Of a stretch of 64,000 nt of DNA, positions 1 to 13,885 are shown one piece after another (positions within the stretch are counted from its first letter, which is position 1; each line of letters starts with the position of its first letter). The position numbers were made by a program, and so were the translations under genes. The stretch is from Lingula anatina (taxonomy: Eukaryota > Animalia > Brachiopoda): contig CM120643.1 of NCBI GenBank assembly GCA_051362555.1, forward strand, positions 12,374,644 to 12,438,643. The letters are read 5' to 3'. A model generated the notes under the pieces. The model was not told where the DNA came from and did no database searches. It worked only from the letters and a program-made list of their open reading frames with translations.

Positions 1-674
1 GAAACCGCATCGATTGCCATGCTTTGAACTGTAACACGACACCCACGTTATCGCAGAAAAACAAATACTAATTACACCCCGTCCCAAGATACAGTTCTTA
101 CCATAACATAAATGACACAAATTATATATATATACTGAAGAATATGGCACAAAAATAGTCTACTTAATTGAACATTCGATTGTCAGATTAATATCATTTA
201 CAGAGATCATCAACGAACACTGATCACCTGAGATGATGGTTTCAGAATCTTTTTATCTTTTTCTTTCTTTACTTAGTCATTGAAAAGAGATAACGATGTA
301 TAGTACACTTAATCAAAGACACACCTCGATAATTTAAGTTTTTCTTTGGAAATGTCAATGAAAGTGTATCTAGTTTCCTTTGACCTGTGATGTATAAGCC
401 TTCACGGTTTTATAAATCTCCTTTTGGGCTTTTAGCCACATAGCTCAAACCTAACCCGGAATTTATACACTATTTCGTAATACATCTACTCAAGCTATTG
501 TGACATTACCAAAAAAATGGCTTGAATTATACAACGCTGATTATTTTCTTAAACAATCAATAAGTATAACAAAAAAGGAATACCGAAATTTGTGCTGTTA
601 TTTCAAAGAACAAATGCTGAAGTCGATTCCTGATATTAGTCAGTAAGATTGGCGGTTTACCAAAGCAGTTCTAG

Positions 675-1210
675 TTATGGGTAATAGGACCCTAAATGTG
701 ATGGAGTCACATGACTGTGGTGATGCGTCATCGCGTGATTGGAGATATTAGGATAGAGATTGGCGGCGCTAGGAGCGGACCAATAGGAACCCGCGCCGGC
801 GAAGAACCCGGACGTATTGGATGAAATCGGCGCATGAGCGTTCATGAAATTAAGTTTTGAGTTGGCATGGTGATAGCTCGACATAAACAGGTCTTGCTGA
901 TATTTATATGTGGCGGGATCAGCAGCTGGCTGCATAGCTTGAGCTAACCCAGCAAAATCGAACTTGTACGCGTAACGTTTCCCGTGGACTTTCGTCATGA
1001 TGTTCTTGTCGTAGTAGTAGCGTAGAGCTCGGCTCAGCTTGTCGTAGTTCATGTTTGGTTTGCTCTTGCGTTCTCCCCAGCGTCTAGCCACCTCGTCGGG
1101 ATCCACGAGTTTGAATTCCCCGTTGGTGCCCTCCCACGTGATGCAGTTTGCGTTTCCGCTGTCCGACAGCAGCTCTAGGAGGAACTGCCATAACTGGATC
1201 TGGCCACTTC
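675..1210 (-). CDS. ERG: ERG/FLI1-class ETS transcription factor, terminal exon (ETS DNA-binding domain and C-terminal tail)
   Basis: Acceptor ttttag|GAAGTGGCCAG (AG at 1211-1212). Translates (G)[85 protein letters not shown]...HLGSYYP, stop TAA at 675-677. The ETS domain and HLGSYY ending match the ERG/FLI1 subfamily. Confidence 0.97.
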
Positions 1211-1516
1211 CTAAAATGGAACAAGATGGTTTATTAAATCTAATGTTATATTTTCATTAATGTTAATGGCTATTTCATGTAATTAAGTGCGGCATACTTG
1301 TATAAATGTCCGTCTAAGAATTTTTCGCATCAATCTGAGTTTTGAAATGGAGAAATCCAGAAAAGCAAAATGCCCCAACTCTACTTTTTCCCTGCACTGT
1401 AGGTAATGGCCACAAAATCTTAGACGCTTTCTTGTCAGTTTATTATATCTATGGTAAATAATATAGATATACTGATATGATAGGCCTATAATCGAACCAC
1501 GATTTATTTATTTATT

Positions 1517-1549
<33 letters not shown>

Positions 1550-1796
1550 GTTGTTGTTGTTGTTGTTGTTGCTGAGATGCTCATTTCAGAGAAGATCAAT
1601 CAGTTATTTGATTTAAATATATGACAAGCATAAATACTTGTGCTGAAATGAAAAAAAAATAAAACCGTGCATACGTTCATGCAGGTGCCTGCTTGGATGG
1701 GAACGGTAAATTTACAGAAAAAAATAATAACAAGTAGCCCGCTCTTGCCCAAGCGCACACAGGCGCGAATGCACGTTCAGGTTTCAGAAAACTCAC

Positions 1797-1844
1797 CGGA
1801 AGTAGAGAGGCGGCTAGACATAGGCCCAAAAAGCTGGTAAGGGT
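1797..1844 (-). CDS. ERG: ERG/FLI1 penultimate exon (48 nt, phase 1-1)
   Basis: tttcag|ACCCTTAC...ACTTCCG|gtgagt. Encodes DPYQLFGPMSSRLSTS(G), matching the vertebrate ERG/FLI1 DPYQILGPTSSRLANP exon. Confidence 0.95.
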
Positions 1845-3339
1845 CTGAAAAAAAAAAAGAAAAGCATTTTGTTAATTATGTATAAATTTCACAAAAACAA
1901 TAACTGGTCGCCTAAAGTCCCTGCACCAAAATATATTTTATCAGCAGAATTTTGAACGTGTTCCGATTCCAAGGTGCAGGTGAAGGTACCTTTGGTGAAA
2001 CGCACTATCAACTGTAATCGACAGAACTGTAGGCCTTATGCCTCACGTTGAAACAAAAGACAATCAAGTCACATTTTCCCGTAAACGTCTTAGATACTGA
2101 AATAAATGAAACCATATGACATACATGTGGTTTTCTTCCTTCCGTTACCGCTGAAGTGAGAGGATTAGAATTAGAACACGAAGACAACGGCGAAATTATT
2201 TTGAAAAACCGCAGCGCGTGTTCAGTTTTTCGGGGACCAATCACATACCTTTCGTTGCGGGCCTGACAGGATGATCGAAAAAAGAAATCTTGCGGACGAT
2301 CTGCCGTAGTGAGGATTGCGCTAATGTTCAATGCCGAATTTAATATAACGGACGTCATTGTGACCTTATATAGTAAGATTGCACAAACACCCCGCCTGTG
2401 CTATGACTATACACAAGCAGGCAAAAGAGGAAGGCTGCCTGGGGAGTTCAAGCAATCTCGTGGGATTTCTCGAGATGATTGTGTTTACCTCATCAGTTAG
2501 CAAAAGTCGTTTTACCCATGGCGTCACAGCTGGGTGGTTTAATGATCTATTTAGTGGACCGAGAATGGAGCCCTTTGAGCTCACAGTCTGACAAATATGG
2601 CGTCATTGAACTGTGAGAATACCGTTAATGACACGGCTGCTCAGCCTATCATGCGACATCTATACAAACAATGGTTTCTAGTGAATCTTGATTAACCTTT
2701 GCATAGCGCAGTGTCGGTAGCAATGCGGTGTTTGCTCTTAGTACGCCCAGGGTGAACAATAGGCGGAAATTGTCTAAAGATTCATTGAATCTCAATGGAT
2801 AATCCAGCCGAGTAAAGCTCCTGGGTCTTACCGATTTCTCGCACTGCACACGGTCAAATGCACCTGTGTTCTTTCGTTAACCAAGAGCCTTTTTGTCCAC
2901 ACGTTGCCATCTATATTCATCAATATATGCTCAGTGAAAGATGTGAAGCCACTGGAACGCATTAGTATGCTTTAAAAATATGGCATTTGTGAGTCTACTT
3001 CTTCAGGATACCGTGAACGTAATTAATTCATACAGTATCTGACTGTGCCTCAGCAAGAAGTGTCTAAAATCAAAAGAACTCGCAGTAAATTGTTAATTTC
3101 ACAGTTGTAAACTACGAAAAGATAAAAAAAAAACAAAAAAAAAACAAATGTAGAACAGACGCCGAGAAGCCCGATGTATTTAACATTACTATATCAAAGC
3201 TAAAACAATAAAAAGCCACATTTACAGTATACAAATACAAGCGCAAAACAATTTTTTTGCAAAAACGCGGCGTCACGTACTCCATCTGATCCATCGACAA
3301 CCGAGGCTACTTTTTGTTCAATAGAGCAATGAGTTAACT

Positions 3340-3858
3340 CACCTCCACCAAGGGGGTTATATTTTACCTTTTTGGTTTGCTAGTAAATAGCTTAACTAAA
3401 ATATTTATAGACACATTCTGCTAAAATTTAATAAAAATTAGAAATAGGAAAACGAAGAATAGATTTTTATTGATGGTGATCCGTTAATTAATTTATTACC
3501 TCCGCTAAGGAGGTTATGTTTTTGGTTCCGTTAGTTTGTCTGTCTGTCTATCTTTCTGTCTGTCTGTCTGTTAGCAACATTACAGAAAAAGTTATAGACC
3601 GATTTTGATGTAATTTTCAGGAACTGTCAGAAGTGGGCCAAGGAACAGATGATTAGTTTTTGGTGGTGATCCTTATCATTAATCAATCAATAATCAAAAA
3701 ATCAAAAAACTAAATCATTATAGATGAAAATTTAGGGGTGAAACGGCATTGGGTGGAGACTTTGCTGCCTTGGCTTTTCTAGTTCGTTTATCCATTCATT
3801 AATAAAAAATGATGAAAAATAGGCTGCCTTTGCGGAGGACTGCACTTTTTGAGTGCCT
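3340..3858 (+). mobile_element. Nested pair of the same HINE-like family (inner copy about 3495-3784 within an older copy)
   Basis: Two 5' ends (acctccaccaagggggttat at 3341, acctccgctaaggaggttat at 3498), (TGTC)n, a core shared with 62990-63100, and two 3' ends (ttttctagtt at 3775-3784, ttgcggaggactgcactttttgagtgc at about 3830-3856). Confidence 0.75.
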
Positions 3859-6411
3859 GTTTTAATGAATTTTCGTCCTTAAAATAAATAACCATCAGGA
3901 CCTGAAGAAAAATACCAGGGACATTCCCTCAACATTAACCCAGCTATCGGCAATATTATCACAATATCTTAGCCTTATTGTGTAATGGATCAATTTCCCT
4001 TCTCTTTGCTTTGCCTCATCATCGGAAATCCAGATTGATCTATCTCCGTCAGTTGTTGTATTGTTGATTCCATTGTACCCAGTATTGGGCGACAATGGAT
4101 TCGCTGTAATTCAATTACATCAGCGCAAATGTAATTGGAGAAATTACCGCATTTCATTTTGCCATAATCTAGTAACATTTACATTGCTTACTTGTGCCAA
4201 CGCACCTGTCTTGTGAAAAATGAATTTCAACAATACTGCAAAAACAAGTAATATTGAGTGAAGGGATTTCTCACTTGTACACCTGACTTTGTAATTAATT
4301 TCTGCAAAACCATGACATTGGAGAACATTGTAATTAAGGGACGACTGTTCAACATCTGTCTTTTTTTAACTGAAGTTGTGTCAGTACTAGGATATCTATA
4401 GCTGATTTCTAATTAATTATGGTTCAAACGTATCACATGATCGTTTCTCCTGCTTTTACTGCATAGATGCTTTAGATATATTTTTCACAGCATCTAGCAT
4501 TTAACATATAATGGGATATGTACAAAAATGTCAGTGGGTGGTCTCAAAACTTCATTTTCCCAAAATTCCGTACAAACTGGACTTGCCTTACTAAGGCACC
4601 GGCCTTCGTATTGACAAATCACTTGGCTGTCCATGCAAATAAAAGAACGGTAGTTATAACTGATTACTGGAAACGGCAATTACTTTACCGCGCCAGAGTT
4701 TCCTAATTCCATTTCTGGTGTCGGGAAATATCGCCCTAACTAGCGGGGTAGCATGGCCTGGACTACTATACCATTCAATTAGTGCCATACTCGATCAATT
4801 GCTTCATTCGCAACCCCTTCTTCCACCTTGCCAGCCACTCTAAGCCCAACGTGTTTCTGTCAAAATGACCTGACCGATGGACAATTCGTTTTTAATTAAA
4901 TGGAACATCACCGGAGCTTCATTATTTCTATGGATGGGTAATTTCTTCAGCCATGTCACCTCTCAAAAGACAGGATTTCTGGGGCTATTAACGAAGGACT
5001 GCGACAAGACCCTGGCGACAATGACAACAGCGAGGGGCCTCCGGTTTGAGCAAACTCCCGGATGAAAGAAGTTGCTCAACAAGACGCGACGAACGATGAA
5101 AAAGGAAACTTTTAGAAAATTGCATTTTCCCGCGGAAGGATTTCCGTGAGCAGCATCAATTACAGTAATCAGTGGCTTTTGAGTCTTTAATGTCCATTAA
5201 GGCGTTCCCGGGAGAGAGGAGGGAGACTGTACACACTGTACGCTGTACTTAACAAGTCGTAAACGCCTGCCTCACACTTGGAGTGCATTCAATGGGGCGT
5301 TCAGTCGTTGCCAGACGACGTGGCCAGCGTAGCGTTCCTAGACATAGCCAGCGGGGGATGTCAATCCGGTCATGCGTATCGCTGCCCCTGAAGAACGCCT
5401 GATGAAGACCTGAGCGTCACGGTGCGTCTCCTACACAATCTTTCCACTTGTCTACACTGTCCTGAAGCGCGTTTGATGACGATCATTTAGTTTGGTGAAC
5501 CTTGCGTGTACTAAACTGCAAGAATTGCACTCAAAATACCCCTAATCAAGAGTGCTACAACTGTAGTACTCAACGTTTCAGTTGATTGCAATGGACATCT
5601 GCTAGATATTATATTATTATAATTATTATATATTGAATCTAATGTTAATGCATTGTATCAAAGTATCCTGCAATGCTTCTACTCGTAGTTCAGCCAAAAC
5701 TCTTGTATGGTTATAATTCAAGGTACTTATATGGCTGAACATCACGATTCAGGGTTTTATGTCATCTTTTACAAGAGTAAAAGTGTAAGCAAAATATTCA
5801 TTACTGCAAAGAAATCCTCGTGCCCTATGTTTGCCTAAGTTTGGTATTAGCAATAACACTAAATTTATGACAATAAAGTACTTAAAATCAGGCTGTCACA
5901 AAATCTGAAAATTGAAATTAAAAAAAACAAAACTTTCAAAGTCATATCAGATCATCGCCATAACAGATAAAAGGAAGTGATCTGTTTGGCCATATCCAGA
6001 TAATTTAGGTTTTCCCTACAACTAAGGTAAAAACTGTGAAAAATGACAACGCAGAGAATAAATGAGATGAAGAGGAACCCCTGAAATTCCCCTGCCTACT
6101 GCAACCACGGAAATTCTTCTGCATTTGGACATTAATGCAACATTTGGCGATTCTCTTTCGTTTTGTTTTTACTGAAAATGTAGAATTTCACTTTCACTTT
6201 CACTTTAACCACGACCACGACCCATGACGCATTCACGGAGGCGTAACAAACCGTGCAAAAGATGACAATAGATATGAAAGTAGCAATGTAGTCTATAAAA
6301 TGTCCATCAATACCGTATCAAACCATTTCCATTTTGGCGGGTGTAATTTCTGTTTATAGATTTTGCTAAAGGAGGTATAAATTAATAAATACTGACGGTC
6401 GTTAACCACAC

Positions 6412-6579
6412 CAGGGGCGGATCCAGATATATATTTTGACAGTCTTCCAAATTATCCGTGTTGATATATCCTCCATTTTTGACCGTCTTCCGACAGTAAA
6501 AATTAGATACCCGTCAATGTAAACTTGAAAATCTGACCGTCTTCCGGAAGACCCAGAAGACGGCCTAAATCCGCCCCTG
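6412..6579. mobile_element. MITE with hAT-like CAGGGG termini
   Basis: TIRs CAGGGGCGGAT and ATCCGCCCCTG, internal repeats GACMGTCTTCC, and a CACAC direct repeat on both flanks. Confidence 0.75.
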
Positions 6580-7374
6580 CACACTAAATGTGTCAAATGT
6601 TAACAAGTCGTCAGTAAAAACAAGTCGGAACAATTTATACCTTTTTACCAATAAGAAGGCCTATATTGCCGGTAATAAGGATAATTTGACATTGGCGTTT
6701 TTGAAGGGAATGACTTGGTTGCTTTGCAGTATTCACTCGCGCTATTCTAGCTTCCTATGATAGTAACGGTCAAGGCCACAAGAGAGTAAGCGTCAACTTG
6801 ACTACTCCTATTGGCTATTTCACCACATTGGGAATAAGTTCCGGTCTTAATGTTCAAAGCATGGTATATTGGCAAGGAATATGAAGTAAGCGGAGACCCA
6901 AAAATTACTTTGGGGCATTTGGCGTTCATAACACTCCCAATATTTCACACTCCCAACATTTCGCAAAATCGAATAGCATGCTAATTTCTTTTAACATACT
7001 TCCTGACCTTATGAACTAATGTGTAGCACCAATGTCTCACGCATAAGCAAATCAACCAAGTGTTATACGAAGTCTCACAAAAGCTCACGGACATATACTT
7101 ATTGAATTCAATGCAACAGTATGATTATAGATATTAAGTACCAGTAATTGCAAATTACCTAACACGGTTATAAAAATTGTACCCGTAGTAAATTTTCATA
7201 GTGGTGTAAATACACTGTTGTAATAGTATTTATTTAGATACAGTTTTGACATTATCCTACCATGAAAATGGTTATGACATAATCATCAAGTCATACATGT
7301 ATATGAACATTATTTGTTTATATCAAAATGGTACACGAAACTCGGTAATTTTGATCGTTTGGTTTCTTTCTCAC

Positions 7375-7440
7375 CTGGTTGTCTCCACTGTGCATGCGCC
7401 GATTCCATGTTTGGCTTGGTCATTCCATGAGGTGGATATG
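7375..7440 (-). CDS. ERG: ERG/FLI1 internal exon (66 nt, phase 1-1)
   Basis: ttgcag|CATATCC...ACAACCAG|gtgaga. Open frame AYPPHGMTKPNMESAHAQWRQP(D), and it keeps frame between the neighbouring exons. Confidence 0.8.
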
Positions 7441-10400
7441 CTGCAATATTTAATGAATGATATATAGCATCACTGAGAGACAGGAAGAGAGATAGAGAGA
7501 GAGATATAAGGGGGAAAGAGAGGTGTAGTAGAGGTGTAAAATGGCACGATTGATTTTCAAATAAAAAGTAACTGGGGCTAACTCATCGAATAAAGGAAAA
7601 TATCATTGATATGAGCCATAATGTGACTACTGTGCTATATGTAGAATGCTTTATCGTTCAGTTAACGTTGCACATGCTTTTGCCTATCTCATACTAAGAA
7701 GATCATGGCTGAAAGCTGCTTTCTAAACACAAGTGCGGCCGAGCGATAGAAAATAATAGACGTAATCTGTAAGACAAAGCAGGAAATCTCCGATGGATCA
7801 AAGTGCTTAGTTTCAACACGAATTTCTTCCACTTACACGATTATCCATTGTACGAGTCTTTCCCGTTAATTCGCGGACGTCGAAATTTCCAACGCATGAC
7901 TACGTCACTCCGAACCAGGGCAGAGTATATACGTAAATAAGAGAGAGTAAATAGAAGTTGTTAAACGGACCAACTGATGACGCTACACTGGGGCAACAGT
8001 AGAAGTTGACATTGGTTAAATAGACAATTTAAAAGAAGCGATTGCTCTCCCCTTCTAAAAATCCCTTTCCATCGCTAACTTTTTTTTGGCTTAGAGAGAT
8101 GTAAAAGACGTATAAAAGAGCACCAAAAATAAAAGTTTTAACCCGCGGTCAAATGTTCACAATGGTTTTATTGATTTTCAAATTATTTGAGAATCTGATG
8201 TTATGTGGAATTTATTTCGGCAAACCTCCATGCAAGGTGCTGAGAGCCACTGCAACCCACAGTTTGTGCAATTTAACGTCTGATGTTAAAGGAAAACCAC
8301 TGTGACGATTTCAAAATATTCACGCACCATCTCCATCATTACGCCATTCACATGTCTACGGCACAAAAATAGCTTGTTACCAATTGCAGTATTTGTTTTT
8401 AGTTTATTTAGTTTCTTTTTTACCCGCAAATCATAGCAGTCTGCATAGAAAATAAGAGCCATACAACAGCTTTGATTTAAAAAGCGCATGGCGTCCATAG
8501 TGATTTTTTCTGCCAAAAGCCACTTCTCATAAGACTGTTACCTATTCGTTTTTGTTATTACAGAAAGTGATCTCGTATTTTCATAAGATAGTTTGTACAA
8601 ATATACCAACCTGCCAACTCACGGCTGTGACAGGATCTCACCCTTACAACATACCTACGGTGTAATATCATATGGCGTCGTCTAAAGAATAAAATGGTAT
8701 ATAATCTAGGCAGGTTCAGTTCAAAAAGCTCCATTAAAACGGATTTCATATTATGGCTGGCGAGGATCAGTTAGATTGTTCGAGAAATCGAAATTTCACG
8801 TCGGTGGCTGGAAGCTGTTGGGACAGAAATTCTATCTGGGATGTAACAGTTGGCAGAACGGAAAATGAGAGATGGCCGAACAATTGGTCAGTTTGCTGGG
8901 TCAACAGCTTCAGCCAGCTCTGGTCACTTAGATGCTACACTATTTGCAGTTCAAAATATGAAAATATACAAGATTTGCCTTCTTTTAAAACCATACAATC
9001 CACTTCAATATAAAAACAACATTACAAGCTGCCTAAATCGCTTATAATTGACTTCTAATATTGCAGCCGTCAAAAGAGCACACGAAGCCACTGCCAGATG
9101 ACGCCAAAGGCCAGACTCCAAATACGACCATTTGAGCTAGTTACTCAAAGAGAAAGCACAGATATTGAGAAGGATACCAGTGATAAACCATTAATCATTA
9201 AAGTTCCCAATCTAAAAAAAGACTTGGCAAAAAAAGGCAAAATCTTAAATGTATTTTTACCCTTAGTGCTTAGCGTTTTGACCCTTCAACAAAGGACCTT
9301 GATAATATGACTGACTTTTTTACTATCTTTAAACTAGGGACAATAAAAAAAACCTTTTTAACCCTGAGAAAACTTACTCGTTTGTTTTCAAACTCCGTCG
9401 ATGATTTAATAACCATTTGTATGAGTACGGGTTGTTAGCGCGAGGAAGTTCCTCGACAAATTCAAGATTTAGGACGGAAATATTGAACGAGACACTAAGA
9501 CGTGTGGACAAAATGAAGAAAATTGTTGATTTAACCTTTGAATTCAAACATGGAAGTGTTATGTTATTCTGACATCAGGGCAGTTTTGTTAATAAACCAT
9601 ATCTAAGTTTCCAAAACGAAAAAATATTTAATAAATGTAGACAAATATGTTCTGTATGCACTTAAGATACAAAACGCCCAACAAGGGTGTTCCACCTGTT
9701 TTTTTTTCTTATGAAAGTTGTGCAAATACACATCATGATTATAACTCAAATTTATTCCAGTGCTCAATGATTTTCTAAAGTCTTGCCTAGCTTTAGTGAA
9801 AAATAAACCTCTTTGTACACGAAAGAGATGTCTGCTGCGCAACTTAAGGCAGACGATTATTTCACGATCTTCAATGGTTCAAGGGGATTGGAGGAAGCAG
9901 TAAAATCTCGGTTGTTTTTTAATAAGACGAAGCCTTCCAATGCCCTTGGTCTGGGCTATCACGGAAATGGAAGCCGTGCAGTTTCCGAGCTCAATTACAA
10001 CGCACGGGGGCAGACGATACCCCAGCAGTGCTGACGACACATGCTGCGCGCGGAGAACCGGGAACCTGTGGGACTTCTGAAAACAAGGATTTACTTTCTC
10101 AGAGCAGAGTCATAGGTTCGTATCCTTAAACAATAAGCCCACACTCATTGTTACATATATGACTTTGGATGCCGAAATGCAGTGGGCTCGTATTATAGAT
10201 ATTAAATCATTACACGCAAGCTTAAGTGACGAAAACTAGTGCAAAGTAGTTAATTTCTACAACTATGCCAAAGTAGAAAATGAGCCTTATACGAGTTACT
10301 GTCGTAAAGCAGCCTCACAAGTGTATTTAAATATCACGTGTTCTTACTTTATTGTATTAAGTAAGGTAACAATTATAAAGGTGGTATTAATATGTTATGT

Positions 10401-10597
10401 GATTTTATTTATTATTATCTTTATTGTATATATACTACTCTTCGAAGATTAGTGAGCCAGCAAATCTCAATAAACAATAAATATTATTATTGAAAATTAT
10501 GAAAGTATATGTACAGATTTTGCAAAAAATCCAAATTTTACACACGCCTTTTAGATAGACCTTCATTTTCATAATAAACGGAGTGAAGGTGACGACG

Positions 10598-10598
<1 letters not shown>

Positions 10599-10649
<51 letters not shown>
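10599..10649. repeat. (AT)n microsatellite
   Basis: Direct inspection. Confidence 0.95.
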
Positions 10650-10652
<3 letters not shown>

Positions 10653-11324
10653 TCCCCTTAAAAACATTTTGTCAATTAAGTTTATATTACAGCTCAAAGT
10701 TGTATAGCGCACTCTCATTGGTCAGGAAAGTATCTTTTGTGGGTAACTACATGGCTCAGCATATAGACTGCTTTACATCAAAACACTATCTACATACGTT
10801 TACAAAAACTATGATTATGATTTATAGTAGATATATATACGGTAAACTGATGAAAAAATTTAAAAGTTGCAATTATTCCAAATAAGTTGTTATTCAAATA
10901 AGTTGTTATCTTTTTCTTATAAAAATATTGTTCCTATCTTGAATTGACCCTATAAAAATGAAAAGTAATGCTAAGCACTCCTTATTATTTCAGCTATGAT
11001 TTGAATTTTGTTATCACAAAAGTCAATTGAATCCATCTTTACCCGATGTCTAGTGAACCGACATTATATATCTTAAACTTTCCTTTCAAACTACCTACTT
11101 AACCTAATGTGTGGTGTATTTGGTAATCAGTTATTTCATAATCAAATACATTTCAACTGTGAAACTTCTTATTTTCACTGAAATTTGCTTACACGCCTCA
11201 AATTGTGAATCACTTACGACGCAGATTTTGAAATACAGGTATTCAATGAGCAGCCGTGCAGTATGTGTTATAATTACACTACATTTATGAAGGTGAGTTT
11301 TGATGTAGAATTCAGAACACTTAC

Positions 11325-11378
11325 CTTGAGGAGATGGGCTGGTCTGGGGGGTCCAACTCGGCTTGGCATAGCCTGGAT
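11325..11378 (-). CDS. ERG: ERG/FLI1 internal exon (54 nt, phase 1-1)
   Basis: atttcag|ATCCAGG...CCTCAAG|gtaagt. Encodes DPGYAKPSWTPQTSPSPQ, resembling the vertebrate DLPY..SAW linker exon. Confidence 0.85.
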
Positions 11379-11519
11379 CTGAAATATAGAAAGAACTTTA
11401 AGAAAAACTATCTAACATCATCGCATTGTTAATTCAGTATAATGATGTGCCCAATAAAACCGACGCCATAACGGAAATCAGACCTACAAAGAAATTAGTG
11501 AAAATCATAGACAACTCAC

Positions 11520-11559
11520 TCGGAAAATTATAAAGCGACAGCATCTCCGAGGTAAGCAT
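11520..11559 (-). CDS. Candidate alternative first coding exon of ERG (MLTSEMLSLYNFP)
   Basis: ATG at 11559, 13 codons plus 1 nt, then consensus donor A|gtgagt. Phase 1 fits the exon at 11378. Confidence 0.5.
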
Positions 11560-13253
11560 GTTAGAGAAGAAATATCCCTTGTTGTTTCATCAGTGTTTTT
11601 TTCTCACTGAAAGTGCAGATACTGTATAGCGTAATGCCGTATACAACGTGCGCGGTTGAAATGACGAACAGCGGACACTTGATCCAACAGAGAAAACCTA
11701 TGACATAGCCAGCGTTCGTCACGTCGAGGGTTCTCACCACTCCAAGCAAGCAATCTTAACTCTGTGAACGTGTAGCAAGCGACAGCCAACTCCAACGGCG
11801 TTTCATCTTCGATCTGCAGTCGTGCCGGAGATTATCAGATTTTTGCTATCGACTTCACTAATTACATTTCAATTAGGCGTCTAATCAAGCGTCGGTCTTG
11901 TCAGATGGACAAATAACATATGTTGTATTGTTTGCATTGCGTAAATGGAGGAAAGTTGAACGAAGGCAGTGCACAGGCACAAGACAGAAGAAATTCACCA
12001 CGGATTACTAATCTACTTTTAGACTCCGACTTTGAGTACGCTTTTGCAAACAAATGATGACATTAAAAACATTACATCTATCGATTCTTAAAAATATTTG
12101 CATTTAATTCTCTTATTTCATTTCTTAGATTTTTCCATGGTCAGCGGTGGTGGATATGGAAAAAGATGAAGTTCGCCGTGTATACGGTATATGATATTGT
12201 AGATTAAAGTGTGGGCGTATCTCTACCTTATCAAACACTCTTTTCAGAGCAGTGATTACATTTCTCATCAAGGCCAACTTGTCACACCACTCACGGGTAC
12301 CCGATTTGTTTCGCAAATCAGTATGGCTTGGTTCTCGAAAGGCACATTCCCAAAGCACGTACAATCACACAGACACACGCAAAACACGCGCAAATTAACG
12401 CAATCACACAACCACGTGCATTTACGACGCCATTTGTTTTTTCCTATCGCGATCCACAGCGTAATGCGACGCATATCAAAGTTTAAAGAATCAAGGAGAC
12501 TCGCGACTCTATCAAGTGGCACTGGATTACACGGTTAATCCCCGTGTAGCGCGAGGATTATTGGGAAATAACAACATTTATGAATACAAGTCCATGTACG
12601 CAGACGCTTAGAGGTAGAGTACTCTACAGTAGTCGGAAGATTAAGGAGTAAAATCTTGAGTCAAGCCTGCGCTCCTGTTATTCCAGGTTGTAAAGGCTAT
12701 AAACCGAATCTGAGAAAAAGAAAAAAATGATTCACTATTTATTTAATGGTATTATGGAAAAGATAACAAAATCTGAGGTTGGTACGTACACATACCAGTA
12801 GTTATCCGATATAATCAAGCGTAAAACTTGGATGTAACATTCTTTGACATCAATCTTTGCGTTAACTTATTGTAAAATTCTTATCCAACTTACACCTTTT
12901 CTTAATATAATTTTGCGATTGTTAAAATGCTGCTCGGCAGACTGGTTTCAAAACGAGTGTGGTCTTTCGAACCATGTCATTAAAGATGGGACAAACATCC
13001 TTCATGTAGTTGTATGTTGTTTCCCTCTTTCTCTATTGTCACCAATCCTTAGCCTTCGATCTATTTGACTCTGGGTGCATAACATAACAGTGTTTTTGCT
13101 CTTTTCCTAAAGGTAACTTCCGTATCTATGTACTTACTAACGCACCAAAGCGAAACAAAAAATACTTGAAGAAAACATTTCTTAAAACCGAAAGATGTAA
13201 GAAAGGGAAATAGGGTGTTATGCACGGGTACCTTGATCATGAGCCTCAAAAAA

Positions 13254-13297
<44 letters not shown>

Positions 13298-13776
13298 AAC
13301 AGAATTGTGAACCACTAGCTTTGCAGAGCCAAGTGGGATTGCTCACGGCTGAGCTGAAAAATATCGAGATATGTTATTAATTATCAATTCGACTGCATCT
13401 TGACATTTGCTGTTTTTATTTCATTTTCGATGTTTCAAATAAGCCACACGCTGGTGAAAATGTCGCAACAGTGAGAAGGAAGCACTAAAAATGAAGATGA
13501 GATTTCTACTTTTTATAACACAAGAATTCCTTCAAATATTTTTCCAGGATTATTTTACCATATTCTATCAATGAATTAGAGAACATATTTTTAAAAACTG
13601 AATGGGATTATAGGAAACCTTTCAGACCTAAAAACAGTAACATGAGTATGAATAGTAATATCGAATGTAGAATGAAAAAGTCAAAACCCTTTTTTGCACG
13701 CCGTTAAAAATAGCAAGATTATATCTTTGGAGAAAGGGGATATTCAAAAAGTTAAATTTCACACTTGCGTTCCTAC

Positions 13777-13885
13777 CGTGGGAGAGCATCATGGCGCTGT
13801 GAAAGCTAGAGAAGGCGCAGGGGTGGTAATATTCCTGCTTCTGGTGGTGATAACTCTGATGATGGTGAAACGACGCCATACTCAT
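13777..13885 (-). CDS. Candidate alternative first coding exon of ERG (His-rich, PNT-less isoform)
   Basis: aaaATG at 13885, MSMASFHHHQSYHHQKQEYYHPCAFSSFHSAMMLSH then G|gtagga. 109 nt, phase 1, in frame with the exon at 11378. Confidence 0.65.
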
